This document shows positions 35,772-41,507 of a stretch of 41,507 nucleotides of DNA, in pieces. The stretch is from an uncultured Rikenellaceae bacterium. GTDB lineage: Bacteria; Bacteroidota; Bacteroidia; Bacteroidales; VadinHA17. The notes beneath the pieces were generated by a model. It had not been told where the DNA came from. It saw only the letters and a program-made list of their open reading frames with translations, and made no database searches. Within the stretch, counting starts at the first letter, position 1. The number at the start of each line of letters is the position of its first letter. A program made the translations under genes and the position numbers. Location: assembly GCA_964529295.1 (NCBI GenBank), contig CAZGUR010000001.1, forward strand, positions 7,855 to 49,361, in the 5' to 3' direction.

Positions 35772-37132
35772 AGGTAAGACCAGCCCTCGAGCAGCAGTGT
35801 ATTATTATTGCCTATGCTGATATTTTCGCCGCTGAAATAATCACTGTACTCATCACCTACATCTGTGTTTACAGAAAACTCGGCAGCCTCATCATCAAAA
35901 TTGATAACGACAATGACGATATTATCATCTTTCTCCCTTTTATAGCCGTACACATTGGCGTCGCCACTGATATTGAGGGCCCTGAATGAGCCGCCGCTGG
36001 TGCCGTTATGCAAAGCCTCGTTATCTTCTTTCAGGCTGTTAAGCGAGGTGTAGAAATCGCGCAGGTATGAATCGTGCCACTCAATAGGATCCCTGTCAAA
36101 AAATTCCAGCCTCTTGTTAAGACCGGCCTCCTGCCCGTTATAGATCAGCGGCACGCCGGGTATGGTGTACATAAAGACGGCAAAAGCCTCGTGTGCCCCA
36201 CCCATCCTTTCCTCTATGGTGCCGGCCCATGAATTCTCATCATGGTTGGTGATAAAACGCAGCCTGTAAGCATGTTCGGGGTAGCGCTCCTCATCCTGTG
36301 TTATCGCCCTGTGCAGCTCCTGTGCTGTTTCTTCGCCCTGTGCCACCCTGTTCATATGGTGATGCAGCTCCCATGAATAGTTTATATCGAAGCCGTTCTC
36401 AAAAAACTCCACCCTGTCCTCGTTCTCTGCCAGCATAAGCACCGGCTTCACCTTCTCCATAGCCAGCCTGGCCTCCAGCCAGAAGTCGGCGGGGGTGACA
36501 TGCGGGTGGTCCACCCTGTAGCCGTCAACATCCAGCTCCTTAACCCAGTAGAGCAGGGCTTCCTGCATATATTCCTGCAGCCCCTCATTGCTCCAGTCAA
36601 ACTGTATCACATCGGTCCAGTCATAGGGCGAGACAAAGCTGCCTGTCGAATCTTTTACATACCATTCGGGGTGCTCCTCCGCCAGGTGGTTATCCCACGA
36701 TGAGTGGTTGGGCACCCAGTCCATCATAACGTACATCCCTGCCTCGTGTATGCTGCTGACCAGCGACCTGAAATCATCCGTATCACCGAACTCGGGATTC
36801 ACATCCCTGAAGTCGCGTACCGAATAATATGATCCCAGCGGTCCCTTGCGATTAAGCTCACCTATGGGATGTATGGGCATAAACCATATCACGTCCACCC
36901 CCAGGTCCGCCAGCTCATCCACCCTCTCCTCCACGGCACTGAAGGTGCCCTCATCTGAGAACTGTCTCACATTAAGCTCGTACAATACAATATCATCACT
37001 CCATTCGGGCGCTGCGTAAGGTCGTCCCTCCTCTTTGGGCGTATCATTATCCACTCCACCGCATGCTGCCAGCAGCACTGCCAGCATTATGGCTATTATA
37101 ATCTGTGATAATCCTGCTCTTAGCTTTTTCAT
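35753..37132 (-). CDS. GH13 alpha-amylase family lipoprotein
   Basis: 459 aa. Lipobox 'LLAAC'. GH13 regions are I 'DWVPNHSS', II 'GYRVDHPHV', III 'MLAENE' and IV 'FITNHDENS'. Confidence 0.85.
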   Translation of the reverse strand: MKKLRAGLSQIIIAIMLAVLLAACGGVDNDTPKEEGRPYAAPEWSDDIVLYELNVRQFSDEGTFSAVEERVDELADLGVDVIWFMPIHPIGELNRKGPLGSYYSVRDFRDVNPEFGDTDDFRSLVSSIHEAGMYVMMDWVPNHSSWDNHLAEEHPEWYVKDSTGSFVSPYDWTDVIQFDWSNEGLQEYMQEALLYWVKELDVDGYRVDHPHVTPADFWLEARLAMEKVKPVLMLAENEDRVEFFENGFDINYSWELHHHMNRVAQGEETAQELHRAITQDEERYPEHAYRLRFITNHDENSWAGTIEERMGGAHEAFAVFMYTIPGVPLIYNGQEAGLNKRLEFFDRDPIEWHDSYLRDFYTSLNSLKEDNEALHNGTSGGSFRALNISGDANVYGYKREKDDNIVIVVINFDDEAAEFSVNTDVGDEYSDYFSGENISIGNNNTLLLEGWSYLVLTAI

Positions 37133-37227
37133 ATGTCTGTTATTTTATTTACTGTTTATCTGTGATCTGCGCCTTGCCCTTACAGTTATATTTATACTTA
37201 TACTAACAATTTCCCTTGCCATTCTGA

Positions 37228-39543
37228 TCAGTTCTTTAATCTGACACTTTCTTTTCCCCCGGCTCCGACTGTTTGTTCATGTCCATCTACATATAAGCTC
37301 AGCTCTTCATCCGACATATTCTCTATCACTGCCTGTCCTTTTTCTATGCTTATCCTCAGGAGCCTGTTCATAAATCGTATCATAAATGAATAGCTGTCCC
37401 ATCCGGCCGGTATAAGAGGCTTGATATACAGCTTCTGGCCCTTCACTTTCAATCCCGCAAAGCCCTCCACTATTGACAGCCATGTTCCTGCCATGCTGGT
37501 TATATGCAAACCTTCTTTCACCTCCTTGTTTATATCGTCCAGGTCCAGTCTGGCCGTCCTCAGGTACAGCTCACGGGCCTTGTCTATCTTTCCGGTACGG
37601 CTGGCCAGGATGGAATGAACGCTTGGTGATAGTGATGATTCATGCACTGTCCGCGGCTCATAGAAATCAAAATTCCTTTTTATTGTCTCCGTGTTATATT
37701 CCTCACTAAAAAAATACAGTCCCTGCAGCACATCGGCCTGCTTGATAAAGCATGACCTCAGTATGCGGTCCCATGACCAGTGCTGGTTTATGGGTCTCTG
37801 TGCCGGATCAATATCAGAGCTGCTCAGCTGCTGCTTGTCGAGATAACCGTCCTGTTGCAAAAATACGTTTTTTTCCTCATAAACAGGGAAATACATTTTA
37901 TCAATAATATCCTTCCAGTCCGCCGTCTCCGCCGTATAGTCAAAACCTGTCTTGTCAGCCAGCTTATCATATTTAGCCTTATCGCGGTCACGCAGCTCAC
38001 CGATACATTCAGTGGTGTACTTAAGCGTCCAGTGAGCCACCTTGTTGGTATACCAGTTATTATTGACATTGTTCTCATATTCGTTGGGACCGGTAACACC
38101 CAGTATAACATACTGCTGCCTGGGCTCCGAGAAGTTAACCCTCTGTTGCCAGAACCTTGACAGCGCTATCAGCACCTCCAGACCGTAGTCTGCCAGGTAG
38201 TCCCTGTCGCCTGTATGCTCTATATAGTTATATATGGCATAGGCTATGGCCCCGTTACGGTGTATCTCCTCGAAGGTTATCTCCCATTCATTATGGCATT
38301 CTTCGCCGTTAATGGTCACCATAGGGTAGAGCGCGGCGCCACCGCTGAAGCCCAGCTTGGCTGCGTTCTCTATAGCCTTGTCCAGATGCCTGTAGCGGTA
38401 CAGCAGCAGGTTCCTTGCCACCTGCCTGTCGGCCGTCAGCATATAGAAAGGAAAGGCAAAAGCCTCGGTGTCCCAGTACGTGGTGCCCCCGTATTTCTCC
38501 CCGGTGAAGCCCTTGGGTCCTATGTTAAGCCTTCTGTCATCGCCCGTATATGTCTGGTACAGCTGGAAGATATTAAACCTTATGCCTTGCTGTGCTGCCG
38601 GGTCTCCCTTTATTACTATATCACTGCCGTCCCATTTCTGCTGCCATGCCTTCTTATGCCTTTCGAAAAGCTTATGGTATCCTTTTGCTGATGCGCTGTG
38701 CACCCTGGCCACAGCCTTCTCACCTATACCTTCAACATCATTATTCTCGGAGCTCAGTATGGCGGCATACTTGTAGAGAGTGTATTCCTCGCCCTGCACG
38801 GCGTCAACCTCCAGGCTGTGACCGGCATATAACTCCCTGCTGTGCAGTCGCGTTACCGGACTAATCTTCTTACCCTCCCTGTGCAGCTCATAGTCAATGG
38901 CAAAGGCAAGGGTGAAGTGTGTCTTGCGCGTTGTGGTCACCAGCGCTGCGCTGTTGTTATTGGTTGAGCGGCTCTCCTCCTTCCAGAACATATCCCCGTA
39001 GTTGGCGTCCTCGTTAACCACCTTACCATCTATATAGGGGGTGAAGCGCAGCTTTGACCTGCTTCCTTCGGTCTTTACAGTATAGCTTATAGCCCCCAGC
39101 TCATGGTCGTTAAGGCTCAGAAAGCGGCTTACATTCACCCTAGCTATAATACCGTTTTTCATCCTTACCCTGAAGAAGCGTGAAAGGACGCCCTCCTTCA
39201 TGTTAAGCTCGCGGCGGAACGACAGTATCTCACAGCGGGCCAGGTCCAGCTCCTCACCGTCAATATTTACATCAATACCTATCCAGTTAGGCGAATTGAG
39301 CACCTTGGCAAAATATTCGGGGTAGCCGTTCTTCCACCAGCCCACCCTTGTCTTGTCGGGATAATATATACCGGCTATGTAGCTGCCGCGCAGACTGTCA
39401 CCGCTGTAGCTCTCCTCAAAATTGGCCCTCTGTCCCATATGGCCGTTGCCCAGTGAGAAGATGCTTTCCGAAGCCCGGTTCCTGTCAGCACTGAAACCGT
39501 CCTCAATAATCTTCCACTCGTCTGTTTTATAATAAGGATCCAT
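37228..39543 (-). CDS. GH65 glycoside phosphorylase (maltose phosphorylase-like)
   Basis: 771 aa. N-terminus 'FSLGNGHMGQRANFEE' and catalytic-region 'GEKYGGTTYWDTEAFAFPFY' are typical of GH65. The genomic context (MFS sugar transporter plus GH13) favours maltose as substrate. Confidence 0.88.
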   Translation of the reverse strand: MDPYYKTDEWKIIEDGFSADRNRASESIFSLGNGHMGQRANFEESYSGDSLRGSYIAGIYYPDKTRVGWWKNGYPEYFAKVLNSPNWIGIDVNIDGEELDLARCEILSFRRELNMKEGVLSRFFRVRMKNGIIARVNVSRFLSLNDHELGAISYTVKTEGSRSKLRFTPYIDGKVVNEDANYGDMFWKEESRSTNNNSAALVTTTRKTHFTLAFAIDYELHREGKKISPVTRLHSRELYAGHSLEVDAVQGEEYTLYKYAAILSSENNDVEGIGEKAVARVHSASAKGYHKLFERHKKAWQQKWDGSDIVIKGDPAAQQGIRFNIFQLYQTYTGDDRRLNIGPKGFTGEKYGGTTYWDTEAFAFPFYMLTADRQVARNLLLYRYRHLDKAIENAAKLGFSGGAALYPMVTINGEECHNEWEITFEEIHRNGAIAYAIYNYIEHTGDRDYLADYGLEVLIALSRFWQQRVNFSEPRQQYVILGVTGPNEYENNVNNNWYTNKVAHWTLKYTTECIGELRDRDKAKYDKLADKTGFDYTAETADWKDIIDKMYFPVYEEKNVFLQQDGYLDKQQLSSSDIDPAQRPINQHWSWDRILRSCFIKQADVLQGLYFFSEEYNTETIKRNFDFYEPRTVHESSLSPSVHSILASRTGKIDKARELYLRTARLDLDDINKEVKEGLHITSMAGTWLSIVEGFAGLKVKGQKLYIKPLIPAGWDSYSFMIRFMNRLLRISIEKGQAVIENMSDEELSLYVDGHEQTVGAGGKESVRLKN

Positions 39544-39601
39544 AAATTCTGTACCTTCCGTGAATTAATAAATATTTTCGTCGCTCAAGCATACCCCTTG
39601 C

Positions 39602-41113
39602 TTATTCAATGGTGTCCCTTACAAACAGTATGAGCACGGCGGCTATCACAAGCGCTATGCCGCCTATCAGCAGTGCATATACCGCCTCGCCCTTAAACAG
39701 TGTCTTTACCATAAACCCCAGTATGGTGGCCGCCAGTATCTGCGGTATAACAATGAAGAAGTTGAATATACCCATATAAACACCCATCTTGTTTGATGGC
39801 AGCGATCCCGTCAGTATGGCATAGGGCATGGCCAGTATGCTGGCCCATGCCAGTCCCACGCCCAGCATGGAGAATATCATATGCTGCGGGTTGCCAATTA
39901 TATAAATGGATGCCAGACCTATACCGCCTGCTATAAGCGCTATGGAATGTGTTATCTTACGGTTGAACACCCTTGCCAGGAAGGGCAGCAGCAGCAGCCC
40001 GAAGACGGCTGCGAAGAGGTTATACCAGCCGAACATGCCGCTGACAAGGTTGGCTCCTTCGTTATACAGTATTGATGTAGTGTCGGAGGTACCGTAAATA
40101 CGAGCTGTTACGGCTGCCGTGGTGTATATCCACATTGAGAAGAGCGCAAACCATGAGAAGAACTGCACCACGGCCAGCTGCCCCATGGTCAGCGGCATCC
40201 TGTACAGGTCTGTTATTATGCTTACCAGTCCCGACCGCTCCCTGCCGAGATGAACATACAGGGCGCTGATAAGCTGCAGTATGCCAAAGACAGCCAGTCC
40301 GCCCGCAAGTATATAAAGCTCTTTCTCCAGCCTGAAAAATATGATGGGCAGGGTGAGGAGGGCGCCCACGATGGTCCAAATAAGCCCCCTCTTTAAATAT
40401 TTCCCCGGCGGCTCCACCGAAAATGTTTCGGGCGGACGGTGCGGGTGGTCGCTGCGGTCAAACTCCGCCAGCTCTTCAGGTGAATATTCCTTCGTGGAGA
40501 ACACGGTGTATGCCACTGCGAGGAAAAATACTATCCCGCCCAGGTAGAATGAGTATTTCACTGTGTCAGGTATCTGTCCGGCCGGCGCCGTATTGGATAT
40601 ATTAAACCAGTTGGTCAGTATATAGGGAAGCCATGAGGCCACAAAGGCACCTATACCGATAAAGAAGCTCTGCATGGTGAAGCCCAGGGTACGCTGGCGG
40701 TCGGGCAGCATATCGCCCACAAAAGCCCTGAAGGGCTCCATGGATATGTTAATGGAGGCATCCATTATCCACAGCATGCCCACCGCTATCCACAGGGCCG
40801 GCGAGTTGGGCATCAGTATCAGAGCTATGGATGCCAGTATGGCACCAGTAAGGAAGTAGGGACGCCGCCGTCCCAACCGTCCCCATGTTTTATCGCTCAT
40901 ATGTCCCACTATGGGCTGCACTATGAGTCCGGTCACCGGGGCTGCTATCCATAATATGGGTATCCTGTCAATATCGGCTCCCAGGGTCTGGAATATCCGG
41001 CTCACATTGCCGTTCTGCAGTGCAAAGCCAAACTGTATACCCAGGAAGCCAAAGCTCATATTCCATATCTGCCAGAAACTGAGCCTGGGTTTCATCTTTA
41101 TGCTGTCACTCAT
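39602..41113 (-). CDS. MFS sugar:cation symporter (SLC45/GPH-like, probable maltose/maltodextrin importer)
   Basis: 503 aa with about 12 TM helices. 'SFWQIWNMSFGFLGIQFGFALQNGNVSRIF' and 'GHMSDKTWGRLGRRRPY' match the SLC45-type MFS family commonly found next to GH65/GH13 genes in Bacteroidota. Confidence 0.85.
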   Translation of the reverse strand: MSDSIKMKPRLSFWQIWNMSFGFLGIQFGFALQNGNVSRIFQTLGADIDRIPILWIAAPVTGLIVQPIVGHMSDKTWGRLGRRRPYFLTGAILASIALILMPNSPALWIAVGMLWIMDASINISMEPFRAFVGDMLPDRQRTLGFTMQSFFIGIGAFVASWLPYILTNWFNISNTAPAGQIPDTVKYSFYLGGIVFFLAVAYTVFSTKEYSPEELAEFDRSDHPHRPPETFSVEPPGKYLKRGLIWTIVGALLTLPIIFFRLEKELYILAGGLAVFGILQLISALYVHLGRERSGLVSIITDLYRMPLTMGQLAVVQFFSWFALFSMWIYTTAAVTARIYGTSDTTSILYNEGANLVSGMFGWYNLFAAVFGLLLLPFLARVFNRKITHSIALIAGGIGLASIYIIGNPQHMIFSMLGVGLAWASILAMPYAILTGSLPSNKMGVYMGIFNFFIVIPQILAATILGFMVKTLFKGEAVYALLIGGIALVIAAVLILFVRDTIE

Positions 41114-41240
41114 ACGATATATTTTTAATCCCTGTTACTGTTCGCGGGCAATATCAAAAATACATAAAAAAACAAAGCATATTTCATTTAAAATCAAGGC
41201 AATAACATATAATTTAGCATGGTCTTCCGGCTGCTTATGT

Positions 41241-41254
41241 TTCAAACGTTTCCG
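41241..41254. promoter_or_regulatory. Candidate LacI-type operator upstream of the MFS-GH65-GH13 operon
   Basis: ttcaaacgtttccg fits TGnAAnCGnTTnCA at all but two defined positions and contains the perfect palindrome aaacgttt. Its reverse complement cggaaacgtttg matches cggaaacgattg of the susC-proximal site in 11 of 12 positions. It lies about 130 bp upstream of the transporter start. Confidence 0.4.
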
Positions 41255-41366
41255 GTAAAGGGAAAAAAATGCAAAAGCAATAATATTTAGAACCATTCTA
41301 AATAATAATTCCTGTCTGTGATAGCTCTTATTTCCTTTCCTGTACATATTTCATTATATTGTCCTG

Positions 41367-41507
41367 TTCAAAAGCCTGTACGGGATGGATGGTTGGATAC
41401 TGAATCATTCTCTTTGTTCGTTGGCTTATGCCCTGATTGGTTCAAAAGCCTTTACGGGATGGATGGTTGGATACTGAATCATTCTCTTTGTTCGTTGGCT
41501 TATGCCC
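41367..41507. repeat. Non-coding tandem repeat: 67-bp unit x2 at a 74-bp period, truncated by the window end
   Basis: ttcaaaagcctGtacgggatggatggttggatactgaatcattctctttgttcgttggcttatgccc (41367-41433) recurs at 41441-41507 with one G-to-T mismatch. A 74-bp period is not a multiple of 3, and stops occur in the frames I translated. Confidence 0.9.

Noticed and set aside
41135-41347. 70-aa minus-strand ORF upstream of the MFS transporter gene.
   Set aside because: It sits in an AT-rich promoter region that carries the candidate operator, and it resembles no known family. It is probably spurious, although a small membrane peptide cannot be excluded.
41367-41507. Possible CRISPR array at the window end.
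   Set aside because: The repeats are 67 bp with only 7 nt between them, not ~30-bp repeats with unique ~30-bp spacers. No cas genes are in the window.
1-41507. Mobile elements, prophage, defence islands (restriction-modification, CBASS, retrons, toxin-antitoxin) or tRNA/rRNA genes.
   Set aside because: I recognised no integrase, transposase, nuclease, ATPase or reverse-transcriptase signatures, and no terminal inverted repeats or tRNA-like cloverleaf sequences. The gene content is metabolic or envelope-related throughout. This is a visual assessment only; tRNAscan, Infernal and defence-finder runs would be needed for certainty.

Overview
This 41.5-kb chromosomal segment looks like a Bacteroidota genome: it has SusC/SusD/SusE/SusF-type genes, a T9SS C-terminal sorting domain and many lipoproteins with an 'SC'/'GC' lipobox. 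I support about 30 protein-coding genes. I recognised no rRNA, tRNA, CRISPR array, transposase, integrase or known defence genes. All family assignments come from motif recognition by eye, not from database searches.

Layout:
1. 97-3873: a GT4 glycosyltransferase fused to an (alpha/alpha)6-like domain, convergent with a GH130-like glycosidase/phosphorylase.
2. 4134-9841, minus strand: a tightly packed six-gene cluster. In transcription order it encodes an outer-membrane beta-barrel, a pentaheme c-type cytochrome, a lipoprotein, an ECF sigma factor, an anti-sigma-like/beta-barrel chimera and a DUF4382 lipoprotein. A repeat-dense intergenic region precedes it and an intrinsic terminator follows it.
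3. 10088-12549: an mtnA / class II aldolase-like / mtnP operon.
4. 12831-22467: housekeeping genes (TetR, lgt, a repeat-containing Ig-like lipoprotein, two tandem ROK kinases, an acyl-CoA ligase, ispD, DUF4197).
5. 22471-41113: an alpha-glucan (starch/maltodextrin) utilisation locus. It holds a LacI regulator, SusC and SusD, SusE-like and SusF-like proteins, three GH13 enzymes (one T9SS-sorted), a GH65 phosphorylase and an MFS sugar transporter.

The most unusual observations:
- SusC and SusD are encoded as one uninterrupted 1489-codon ORF. The SusC terminal strand and the SusD signal peptide are both missing.
- The ECF-sigma / multiheme-cytochrome / outer-membrane cluster has no function I can assign.
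- Several non-coding repeat structures are present: a 10-bp phased tandem array, a 74-bp tandem repeat cut by the window edge, and LacI-type operators shared by the two halves of the starch locus.
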